From the NCBI GenBank assembly GCA_002104905.1, contig MCFE01000143.1, positions 1-64,000 on the forward strand: DNA of 64,000 bases, in the 5' to 3' direction. The translations under genes and the position numbers were made by a program. This DNA comes from Basidiobolus meristosporus CBS 931.73 (Eukaryota > Fungi > Basidiobolomycota). This document shows positions 24,603 to 36,977 of the stretch, in pieces; within the stretch, counting starts at the first letter, position 1; every line of letters starts with the position of its first letter. The notes under the pieces are model-generated. The model was given only the letters and a program-made list of their open reading frames with translations, was not told the DNA's origin and ran no database searches.

Positions 24603-25844
24603 CCTATTATTGAATTAAAATTGTATCCAAGCATAGCGCACGAACCCCTAGATTAGCATGTGATGTTCATCCACATTCACATGCAAGCCAAACAAAGTCC
24701 CCAATGAATGCGGAGACATGAATCAACATTGAGTATGATCGGTTAACCAAGTTGAGTGATGATTAATGTTAATTGTTGGTATAGTTTATTCAAGTTTGCT
24801 CGGATGGTTAGCGATATAGGAAGGAATCTCGACAGTGATGAATGAACATGAACTTGCCCCAGCTCGGCGGTTTGTAGATACAGGAGGGGAGATGGGTTGG
24901 CTCATCAGGAGCTAGTCTTTCTTACCCTTTAACGTCACAGAAGAGAAGGATTGAGTAAATACTAACCAATAGATGAAATACCGCACAAGTAACTTACACG
25001 AGCCAGTTGAACAGTGCCGTAAAGCGCACCACTGAGTGCAGTTCCCACAAAGAGAAAGAAGGTCACAACAATTGCCTTGTCTCCAGGGGCCTTCAGCCAC
25101 ACCGGCTTATGCACTTGCGACTGAAATATAGAGCAAGTTTAGCCTACTGGAGACCTCAAAGTTGCTGCTTCCAGTAACTTACCTGATATAGCTTCTGCTT
25201 CTGAATGACATTGTTGGGGCGATTCCAAAAGGTCTCCATATTGTGATGTGCGGTTGTTTGGCAAAAAAGCGGCTGACTCCTCGCTACTAAGCCTCATTGT
25301 CTCCTTGAAATATACTCTTTCCAGTAGCCACGTGATGGAATGACGATGCCTCCGGATCTTGTACACATTGGTGAGAACGCTGGAGCGTTCCATGCTGAAA
25401 ATAGATGACGGTCACTTCATCACCCTGAAGGCAGCCAGGTTTGACGGTGAAACAGTCTCAGCAGACCAATCACCTCCGAATATGCGTGATATAACGAGAA
25501 GTTGCCAGAAATAGCCAGTAGTGAATTGTAACCATATACATAGGGTATCAATATTATACGTTGATTTTGAAACTCAGTGCGAATTCCTTGAAACAAATGT
25601 CGTTCCTCAAGGTTAGGATTGCTTCATGACTGAACTTCCGCTCCTCGACCACCAACATGATGATTGTTCGCGACATCGTATCATGTATCTCTCCATCACG
25701 GTGGCTAGTTAAGCTATGCTGTCCTAACCAAAAGATATCCTCCTCTCTCCGCTCCCAACCCTCTTCTATAATATATAGATAGATCTTGTTTCCAGGCCTA
25801 TTAAACAGTTTCCTTTTGGTGGTGATTCGACCCATACAGAAAGG

Positions 25845-26633
25845 ATGTCTACCTCGAATGAATATTACCTTCTAATTGTGTCCTTGATCCTTGTGTTACT
25901 AGGGGGAGCACATGGCAGTTTACCCGGTATTTTGAATGCAAGTGGCGAGAATGAACTTTCCCAAGGTTGCCAATCTCATGTCCAACAGACGCTCGCCTCG
26001 GATGACTTCCTATCATGCAAGCCATTTTCATTCTACATGACGCTGTCCAAGGAGTTTGCGGATATGGCGAAAAATGCTAGCTCCATTGCCCCAACGATGA
26101 ACGAGATCTGTGCTCCAGGGGGCGACAAACAATGTGAGAAACTGATGAAAGATATGCGGGGGGAGTTTGTAAAGACCCAGAATTGTGGCGGCGACATGAA
26201 GAAAGGGAGCAAAATAGCCATGACGATGTATATTTCGTTTGTGAATTATCATTTGATGCAGCGAACTGGCTGCCTGAAAAACCAGGAAGACGAGTACTGC
26301 TTTGCCGAGGCGACATCTCAGCGCTCCCAGCTGGACATGTATTTCATGCCTTATGGCCACCGGCTGGGGAGTAGTAGCAGCGGTGTCCCGAAGATGTGTA
26401 CTACGTGCGCGCAACAAATTATGAACATATACGGTCGATTTGGGTCTCAATATCTGAACCCTCTTAGGAAAACCTTTGATCAATCAAAGATGCTGATGAC
26501 CCAACAATGCGGCTCAGTCTATGCAAAAATGCTTAAGAATCACATGAATGCTGCCCCAGCCACCGCCCTCCTCCCACTCATGGCCTGGCTAATCTTGGCC
26601 CCGTTGTCAACCTTTCTGAGTGATACTCTCTAG
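25845..26633 (+). CDS. Secreted, probably GPI-anchored Cys/Met-rich cell-surface protein, 262 aa
   Basis: N-terminal signal peptide (LLIVSLILVLLGGAHG), 10 Cys, C-terminal omega-like NAA followed by a hydrophobic tail. TATA-rich element near 25766-25780. Confidence 0.8.
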   Translation: MSTSNEYYLLIVSLILVLLGGAHGSLPGILNASGENELSQGCQSHVQQTLASDDFLSCKPFSFYMTLSKEFADMAKNASSIAPTMNEICAPGGDKQCEKLMKDMRGEFVKTQNCGGDMKKGSKIAMTMYISFVNYHLMQRTGCLKNQEDEYCFAEATSQRSQLDMYFMPYGHRLGSSSSGVPKMCTTCAQQIMNIYGRFGSQYLNPLRKTFDQSKMLMTQQCGSVYAKMLKNHMNAAPATALLPLMAWLILAPLSTFLSDTL

Positions 26634-26831
26634 AGAGTTTAGTCCCGAGTTCCGGCCTTTAAATCATCACTACCCTTTGACAACCTCGAAATGCACACTC
26701 CTTATCGGAACTTCAATATACAATTTATAGAGCAGCATCTCCGCCTCTCATAATCTAATAAATTTAATGTCTATGTTCATCAACTCATTGGAAACCAACC
26801 CTGATCTGTATATGCCACTGAAACGAAAATC

Positions 26832-28900
26832 CTATTTAGGGGGCTGACCGGCATAGCTCAGTTTGATTTTTCCATCTGCGAGTTCAGTTTTAACCCCTAC
26901 GTCCTCCAGCACTGGATGTTGAACCGTATCGATAGGCTTCATCTCTTCCACCAGTTTCTGATTCTCGGGATTGTTTTGAAGGAGATTGCGAATCGCAAAG
27001 ATGGCGTATTCTCTGATATCTGAGGTAATGAAGAGTGTCAGGTGAAGCGGTCATAGAGATATTGGGGAAAGTAAAATTACATGGATTGCGGTCATCGATA
27101 TTACAGTTACTCAACACCAGTGCCAAACCACCAAGTTCACGGACCTGGTCAGGAATGAATCAATAGCCGTTTCGAAGCCCTTTTGAACAATGCCGGAGCT
27201 TACCTCATCCTGGACAAACTTGTTTCCATAACTAAGGTTACCAATGAGCCGGATTATATCGCGCTTTATGTATGCGAATCCCTCGGCCCCCTTACTTCGA
27301 TCGCTATCGGTGGTTAGCTCTAGAGGGGTAGCAACGGCTTTGGCGATTCGAGGAAATACTCTCTCGGCCTCTCCTAACAGGTTGATTGCAGCCCCCAAGA
27401 GCCCTTCTCTGGTGCACTTGTTGGCAAGTTCAATGTTCGGCTTGTTTGTGAGCTTTGAGAAGGATTGCAAGAACAAAACAATAGCAGAGTATGCGGTGCT
27501 CATCTCGCCCACTGCATAATTTGAAGTGGAGAGGTCTGTTCTCTTCAAAATATTGATCGCGAATTCCGACGTGCTGAGAAAAGACTCGATCATGTGGCTT
27601 AGAGTTGCATCATCAATCAGCTCTTCCGCATGCTCGTCCGAGTTAAGTCTTGCGTCGAGTATTTTTAGTAGAGTGGATTGATTGGTGCTAATGCAGCTAG
27701 ATCCTTCTGTGAGATTGTTAAAAAGAACAGAATAATGACCCTGTTCTATGAGCCGGGTGATGATCTCGTATCTAAATGTGGTGCATACGGCTTAGAAAAA
27801 GGCCCCATGGCTAACGTTTTGTGCCATCGTACTTACATTAACTCGAACACCTTTGAATTTTCGTTCTCCAAATTGGCCTCCGCTAGCTCCATCATTGCTC
27901 TTACAAGCGTAATGCCGGCGATAGTGGTCACGAGTTCTTCACTGCTTGGATAAGGAGACATTAAACTATAACCTAGTGCATTACGGTACAAGAACACCTA
28001 CCTGCTCCGACTACCGGCCCCATGTATGCAATTGTACACTAGGACAAGAACTGTAGTGACAACTGACGGTTCATTGGACTTCAATATTTTCCTAGAATTC
28101 AAATGGACCCAAGATTACTATATGGTTTTTGCAGGTTGTCCGGTCGCCAAACTTACCCAAGCAGATCATTGTCTGTGTCTCTTGAGATTAGATCGCCCCA
28201 CACTATCTTTTGGGTCTCTGAATTACCAGTCACCATATTAGATAAGCCTTGGACAGAAAACCGAAGACATTTCGACTCCTCCTAGAAAATCGAGAAGGAT
28301 GAGTAAATAGATATACCAATAGCCCGTCCTCCATCCATATTTTCTTACTTCGACAACACCCATTTCTTCTTGACGATTCAGCACTTCGGTTATCACCTTC
28401 TCCAGTTTTACATGTACTTTGTGGTTTCTATTGGATAGTCCATGCAAACGAAAATTAACGAATGCAGCCACGTGAGAAAGCAGAGTAAGCAGTGCATATT
28501 CTACTTACACTGCATTCTTTTGGTTTTGTGGAACCTGGGCAACTAAAGTTCGCCACGTCTTAACGATTCCGGTAACTATCCGGGTGGCTTCCTCGAATTT
28601 AGGGTATGCCGAATCAAATAACTCGTCAAGCTGGTTCCAAAGCGTGGGTGGGACCTCGGCTCTGGTGAACAAAGTTAGTGTTGGTCTTCATAGGCGTCCA
28701 TCGAGGCCCTACCTTTTTTCTATAGAACCCCGTACCACGGTTTCGAAATTTTCGAGCTCTGCTACTATAGCCTGCTCGGGCTGATTTAGGTTTAATGACA
28801 TTACTGCTAACAATCAAAGAACACTCGATATCTCTACAGAACCAATGTTTGTGTGCTAGTTGAAGATCAGCCAAGTACCGATAGTATCTTCCAAGATCAT
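26832..28900 (-). CDS. ATXN10: Ataxin-10 / Ctr86 homolog (ARM repeats), multi-exon
   Basis: C-terminal Ataxin-10 motif KRDIIRLIGNLSYGNKFVQDE...LVLSNCNIDDRNPYIREYAIFAIRNLLQNNPENQKLV and N-terminal WRTLVAQVPQNQ. Stop TAG at 26832-26834. The start at 28900 is inferred through a short first exon. Confidence 0.85.
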
Positions 28901-29215
28901 CGCACCATCAATCCCCTGTCGAATGGGACTTTTTTTTTGTGAAAAATCTTCAGATTGGGCGGATCCCGATCTCACTGGGCCAGCCAGTGGAATAAAAATA
29001 TGCAAGCGAGTTGAGCAAATTCCTCCTTTCCGCTACCGACTCCCAGTCAAGGTACGCGTCTATCGCATTTACCTAATGTTTAATTTCATCCATCCATCGC
29101 TTCGATGTGTGAAATCTTCGAACTGTTCATTGTTGCTTGTAGTTCTAGTGCAAACACCACACTTTGACGTTTACTAACGGGACTCTCTTCATTAGTATCG
29201 AGGTTGTAAAGCGAC

Positions 29216-29404
29216 ATGGCCAAGTCCAAGAATCACACCAACCACAACCAAAACCGTAAGGCTCACCGTAACGGTATCAAGAAGCCCAAGGCTCAACGCC
29301 ATCCTTCCCTCAGAGGTGTTGACCCCAAGTTCCTCCGTAACCAACGCTTCGCCAAGAAGGGTACCCAAGCTGCCGTCAGAGCCGCCAAGGTTGCTCAAGA
29401 ATAA
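29216..29404 (+). CDS. RPL29: 60S ribosomal protein eL29
   Basis: [25 protein letters not shown]...[18 protein letters not shown] 5'UTR intron is likely at 29052-29195. Confidence 0.98.
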   Translation: MAKSKNHTNHNQNRKAHRNGIKKPKAQRHPSLRGVDPKFLRNQRFAKKGTQAAVRAAKVAQE

Positions 29405-30162
29405 ATGGAGGACTTACGGCTATGTAGGACCTTGTGCCCTTTACCTTGAACTCTATTGAATAAAGCAGTTTAACCGATCCTTGTATGGCCCTTTTCCATT
29501 GAACAAGGCGGCCTTGTTGGGCCTACCCTTTGTGATCTTGCTCATTGATAATAATCCCGAAAGTAAAGTCACTCCTGTGCGTAAATATGCATTCAATCAA
29601 ATCCACCGTCTGAATCGGTGGTTTTGCAAATCCCATTGCGCATTGCCCATTGCCCATCATCCAATATACATGTATACATACGTCAGCACCAAGCAGACAC
29701 AGAGGAAATCAGTAAATTCCGGAAATATTGGGCGAAGAAAATAGTTGAATGACAGCATTACCCTATGTCGAATCCTAATCTCATTGGAATCTGGGATATC
29801 GAGTAAACATTTCACAACCACATTTCATATCCATTTGATCATTGGTCCAATAACAAGAAAACTTCTGGGTCTTTGCTCTATGCTCAGTAAGGTTGGCTCC
29901 TGTTCAGTGTTAATCCAACTTCACTCCTTTAAAAGTAATATCTTATACTACATCCATCCATCTTTGGTGGTATTTTGCTTGCCTTCATTCACGCACATCA
30001 TTTGACTGACCTGAGAATTTCCTGGTTTCACTCAAAACGTTTCTTGTTACTAAATAATCGTGTAATGTATGTGGCCATCCTACCTTGATGAGTTTCATTC
30101 CTAACCAATCTAAATACTCACTCATCATTTTCGTGGCGTTTGAAAGATAAAGATAATTTGGA

Positions 30163-31486
<1,324 letters not shown>

Positions 31487-31841
31487 GTGTGACCACCTAC
31501 TACGAATGACAGCCCCACCCCTCCACTCATGTCACTTTTTTTCGTATACAAGAAGAAGTGAAGCCCCTATATTTTTATAAACGGAAAGTCCTTTTTTTGT
31601 AGTTTTTTTGAATGAAATCCCAACATTTTAAGAATGCGTAGGTTTATGTGAAGTGGTGAGCAGCGTTGGACTTTAACATCCCTCAGTGACCGGGTAACAA
31701 GCGGGGCCGGCCCACAGGTGATGTATCATATTGGGGGATGCTACGTGGCACCGATGATGTGCAGTGTACAGTTTCTCGACAACTTCGATGATGGTTTTTA
31801 TTAATCAATAAAATTGGGTGGTTTCCAAGTGGATCTGCAGT

Positions 31842-32495
31842 TTAAATGAAACCAATCTTGTTGGCAACATCCAAAGCATCGACGTCAGCGGTAAGGCGGA
31901 CGTAGGCCTTCTTTTGGCCGTCGGGGCGGATGAGGGTGTTGATCTTGGCGGCGTCAACATCGTAAAGACGCTTGACAGCATCGCGGATTTGGCGCTTGTT
32001 GGCACGCACGTCGCACAAGAAAACCAAGGTGTTGTTGTCTTCGATCTTCTTGATGGCGGTTTCGGTGTTCAATGGGCTGCGGACGACTTCGTATTGGTCC
32101 ATGCGAGGCTCGCTGGGGACGGACTTGCGTGGGTAACGGGGGGCACGAGCAAGACGAAGGGTCTTGGGAAGGCGGAAGGTGGTGGAGGTGCGGACCTTGC
32201 GGACGGCAGATCCGTGGGTACCCTTCAAGGCAGCCTTCTTAGCGGCAAGAGCCTTGTTCTTCTCAGAAGCAACTAGAAATAATCAGAATTCGTCAATAGA
32301 GCCGCTTGGGTTGGACCGTGGGTGGGAAAGGTGGGGTTTTAGGGATGGATGTGTCAATTCATCGAAAGGATTCCCAGCGCCCGGGGATCTCTTCGATGGG
32401 GATGACGGGAACCGCAAAACATCACTCATCAACGCAGTCAGGGAACAGCAAAATATCACTCATCAACGTAGTCAGTGTTCAGTACCTTTAGCCAT
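31842..32495 (-). CDS. RPL25: 60S ribosomal protein uL23 (L25/L23a), 2 exons
   Basis: Exon 1 ATGGCTAAAG (32495-32486), intron 32485-32273, exon 2 with [19 protein letters not shown] and [32 protein letters not shown]. Confidence 0.96.
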
Positions 32496-32767
32496 TTCTG
32501 TTATAACAGATCGAAGTGTGTCGACCACAAATAGGAGAGGAAGAGAGCTAACCTTCCCGGCGGGGTTTCTTTTGTATCTACTCCGCCCCAAATCCCAAAT
32601 CTACTCATGATGATTTGTTTATTCATGATACTGATCCGGGGTGGGTCCCTAAAATTCCGCTGGCGTGACTGGGATCTTCCAGGCAAACGTAGGTCTTTTA
32701 TTATATTTCAAAAACCATGGTGATTATCGGCATAAAGGATTCTATATTTTCTCGCACTCCCGCGTTC

Positions 32768-35074
32768 TCACTCGTCGGTCGATTCTTCGTCTGATGTTCG
32801 TGTTTGCGTCTGGTTGATGGTGTTCAGAAAGTACTCCCACAGCTGGACGATCTCCCACTGATTCTCGCACATCGACTGCAGGAAGGCCTCGACTGAGTCC
32901 CGGAAATCCTCCACCTTCTCTTTGTCAAACCGGTCCAGCTCGGAGCGGATCAGCTTGGAAACCTCCTCGTAGTCAAGCCTGTTGCTTTCCACTCGACTCT
33001 CCGTCTCGCTGATGTCTTGACTAACATGGGCGATTTTCTCTGGCTTCGTTTGGGGTTGCATCCGGAGTTTCTCCAACGTGGTTCGCTTCTTCTGCAATTC
33101 GTAAAGGCTGCTCTGCCAGGATTGGTAGGCTTTGGTGCGGGCACTGAAGGTGACTTCAATCGAGCCGATGATCCGGATGTATTCGCAGGTGGTTTTCCCC
33201 ATCGTCGCCAGGTCACACGACGTCTATGAAGACTTGGTCAATGGTCTTGGCGAATGCGAGTCACATGGATGCTGGCCTACCTGTTTCTCGTGCAATGCCT
33301 TCAGCCGCTTCTGGAGCTCACCGAGGCCCATCAGGTTTTGCATCAGGCCTTTGTGGAGCTCAGCACTTGACAGCGCGTAGATACTTTCACCCAAATTGAA
33401 GTGGGAGGAGCCTAGGTCTGTGTTTCTCGAGGTTAGCTCCGACTTCCATGGCATAAGGCCGATATCTCACCTCTGCGTTGCTTAGACAGCACATCGATTG
33501 ATTTTGACAGCGCTTTCAACTGGGTCCCGAGGGTCTCCAGTAGATTCCTCTTGTTTTCGAACCACTAAATCACAACGACGGTTAATCCGATGAATGGCCT
33601 CACGATACCGTCGCCTCGGTTACCTCGTCCGTCTCTGCAAATTTGGAAAAGCTGGTGGCGCTCGAGACCGCATCCCCAAAGGCGCGCATGATCCCCTTGG
33701 AGTTATCACGTCTCCGCTCTTTGACCTGGGAACAGAGCATTAGTGGATGTTGGTGCCAAGGGGGCTGGGTGACTGTACATCTCTGGTGAAGTTCTCTGAT
33801 TCCAAGAAGATCTTCAGATCCGGATCTCCGTAGAGCATTGGATGGGCGGTGATTTTGACCAGACATTGCTCCAAAGCAACCCTCCTGCTTTCAACAAACT
33901 CTCCTTGGAAACGACCTGATGAATCGTTGAAGAAATCTCAAGTCATGACCATGAAACCACAATAGATTGGCTTACCAAGGGCGTGCTTTTCGGGCACCGG
34001 CGGCACTATCACTCCCGGGTTACCAGTGGTAAGCTGATTATACAACCAAAGAAAGTCGCGGTACCGACGATCCACGGAGAAATGTTGACTACGGAAGGCG
34101 GATGATGTGGTCTACCAGAGAAGTAAGCTAAGGGTGCGGCCCATGTTTACCAACCCCGGCGGGATTACCTTTGTTGTCACTTTATATACAATATATGGGT
34201 TGATTGGGTCTCCGATACGCCGAGGATCGGAAACGGTCACCTCGAATTTAGGTCTGACACCGGTTGCTGGGACACGTAAAGATGAGAGTGACGGCTGGAT
34301 GGAGAAAATACATGAGCAAGCCCATACATATGTACTCGGATCGGTTCGGGCACTGCTTACCTGCGGAGACCTTGCTCTGTCGGAATCTGCTATAGAGGAA
34401 GCGTCGTTTCCAAAGGCTTCTCTGTGATTAGGCTCCAAGAAATGGTCGAAGCTATTCCTTGTTTCATTATCCTCGAACTTCTCCTGCGCTATGTCATTAG
34501 TGTTCAGATCCACCTTTAGCTCTAACTTCGGCGTAATATCTTCAGCCAGAGGTACTTGCTTGACAGGGGACACTTCTACTTTCTCCTCTTCAGCCTCATC
34601 GGCAAGGATATTGAAGCTTGGTTTGCGTACACTTCTAACTGGTCTAACCGCAGTGGAAGAAACAGTTGGTGTAGCAGCGGAACACCAGGGATTAGGGGTA
34701 GGGTTAGGATTGGGAGTGCTGCTAGTATTTTGGAGAGTCTCCTGAGGTTCCTCGACTATTTTTCTCGGTGTCTCTTGATCTTTGTAGTTGCTGGTTTCTT
34801 GGTGTGCTGGCTGAGCACCTTCATCCTGCAAATTCAGTTGCTCCATGTGGCCCAGGTCTTCTACAGCGTGCAAAGGCGCTGTTTCGTAAAAATCGGTGTG
34901 CTCCCTGGGATATTGAAATTCATTGTTGTGCTCACTTTCCGAGCCAGAAATCAGGGAGCTGGCAGAAATGGCGTCTGCGAAAGGGTTGATTTCCTCATAT
35001 TGAAAGCTCAGATGGCTTGTGGTGTTTTGGGAACGCAAAAATTCCGACAGTTCATCCAGTTGGTCCTTTTCCAT
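32768..35074 (-). CDS. VPS5: Retromer SNX-BAR sorting nexin Vps5 (PX + BAR), multi-exon
   Basis: PX motifs FEVTVSDPRRIGD, VDRRYRDFLWLYNQL, VIVPPVPEK and FVESRRVALE. BAR C-terminus SELDRFDKEKVEDFRDSVEAFL...WEYF. Long acidic disordered N-terminus. Confidence 0.92.
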
Positions 35075-35357
35075 GTTGAAAAGGAGGGAATAAGAAAGAG
35101 GTTGCCGATGGACTTGCAAGTAGATGATGGCTCAAATAAGGTTCAAGTGGATTTTGAGGATAACAGCATCATTTGATCTAATTAATGCTAGATATATCTC
35201 AATATCAGCAATATCCGAACCCCCAGGAATTTTCCTTGACCACGAATTAACCAACTCTTGAAGTTATCCGGATATTTGGAACCTTACAAAGAACTTTCCT
35301 CAATATCTACTGAACCTCCCTACAGTCAAGAAATTTACTTTCTCTACCTTACATCTA

Positions 35358-36224
35358 ATGGAAGAATTATCCGCTAAAATAGACTCGGCTCTCGTAGACT
35401 ACATGTCTGAGATGGAGGTCTACCAAACACATCTAGAAAATCTGAAGAATAGTTTCAAAGAGGTAACGCCATATTTACTTTCCAGACCGATTCCTCCCAA
35501 AACCAGTGTTGTTGACTGGAATTACCCTCATTGTCAAGGGATTCTATCACCTAGGCCAAGCCAAATACATTATGGGTGCTAGTAAACTATCAAGAATTTC
35601 ATATGATTCAAGAATGGCTGCAAGCGCTGTTGTGGCGTAGGTTATCTTAGACTTGGGCGCAGTGAAGACATGTAGTAACAGGTTTCCATGTAGCAAACCC
35701 GAGACAACGCCCAGCGTCTCGGATACGGTTGATGACTTGGCCTTATCCCTAGAATTCCTTCAGATTTCCAAGAAGACACCCAAGAAAGCCAAGAATGAAG
35801 AGGCGCAGGAGGAGAAAATTCGAAGACGCCATAAAGACACAGCTTCCGAGGAGCCCACCGGGGAAGAGGAAAAGGCTGAGGAAAATACGGAGCCTGAAGA
35901 TACAGAGGTTCCTTCGACAAAAGAGAAGGTGGAAGACGACACCACTGAAGAGGAAGTGACGTTTATTCGTGATCCACTCACCTGGTTCGGCTTTTTGACG
36001 CCGCCAGCACTTAGAGAAGCTCAGGGACAATTCAAGCATGGTATGTACCCTCCCTTATAACATTTCAGGGACTCATCACTGAGCATACAATCTTAGCACT
36101 GGACGCATCCATCTCAGTCGTAAATGCCCGTCAGACGGTAGAGGCAAAGGCACTGCACTACGAACAACTCCTCAAAGAAAAGCGCGAGCTAGAGGAGCTG
36201 AATACCGACCAAGCTACCTCCTGA
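35358..36224 (+). CDS. VMA22: V-ATPase assembly factor Vma22/CCDC115, multi-exon
   Basis: N-terminal helix ...LENLKNSFKEGFYHLGQAKYIMG after splicing, and C-terminal RDPLTWFGFLTPPALREAQGQF motif typical of CCDC115. Confidence 0.85.
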
Positions 36225-36977
36225 TCCACAGCCACCTTCCCAAGCTTTATTTCATTGAGATTTTTGTTTTGTTGCATTAGATACAATAAATGGTGTCCAA
36301 TAATGGAATTTCATCGCGCTCTAGAAGAACATCACGTCAGCAATTACCACCATGGGTATCAATGGAGCTGCAGGGAACGTAATCTGATGTTGGTACCAAA
36401 CCTGGTAAGATGGCCCTACAGCTGATCGGGAATTGGTTACCTCTTTTTATTCAGTGTGTTTGATACCCACGAGTGGGCCAATGAACTCAAAGGTAGCGAG
36501 TATTTACCGTAGGCCATGATCCTTAGTTTATAGGAAATTAAATTCAACGGGCTATTGTGATTTCGTACCTTCTTCGTTGCATCACAGATTGCGTTCTTTG
36601 CACTTTTATCCGAACTCGATCTATTTTCCCTTCGGAATCTGTTCTACCCATCGTTTCGCGTCTTGACAAAAGCCTGAAGGTGACTGACAGAAGTTGTGTG
36701 TATTTTTCTCCAGATCTGTGTTTTCTAAATTCGCGTCCTCTCTGCAGTTCTCTTCCCCACGCCAAACCTTCAATCACAGCGATCTGTCTCAGTGACGATT
36801 GTATTTCCCAGTAAGACCAATGATTTTGTCCTGTTTCTTCCACTCCTAACATTGCTGATGCGTCGTAACCCGTGATTTAGAGGCCACAAGCGAAAGCACA
36901 TGTTGGAAAACAAACCAACTTTAGAGAGTGTCAGTCCCAAACCCAACTTCGCCCCAAAACTAGCTTGAATCTAGATA

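Noticed and set aside
24912-25835. Minus-strand ORFs of 62-93 aa upstream of the GPI protein
   Set aside because: No homology signal. They overlap the likely promoter of 25845.
26845-26866. GACCGGCATAGCTCAGTTT resembling a tRNA 5' end
   Set aside because: No D-loop GG, anticodon arm or T-loop follows, and it lies antisense within the ATXN10 last exon.
36544-36852. 102-aa minus-strand ORF upstream of CCR4
   Set aside because: Antisense to a pyrimidine-rich promoter/5'UTR, with no domain.
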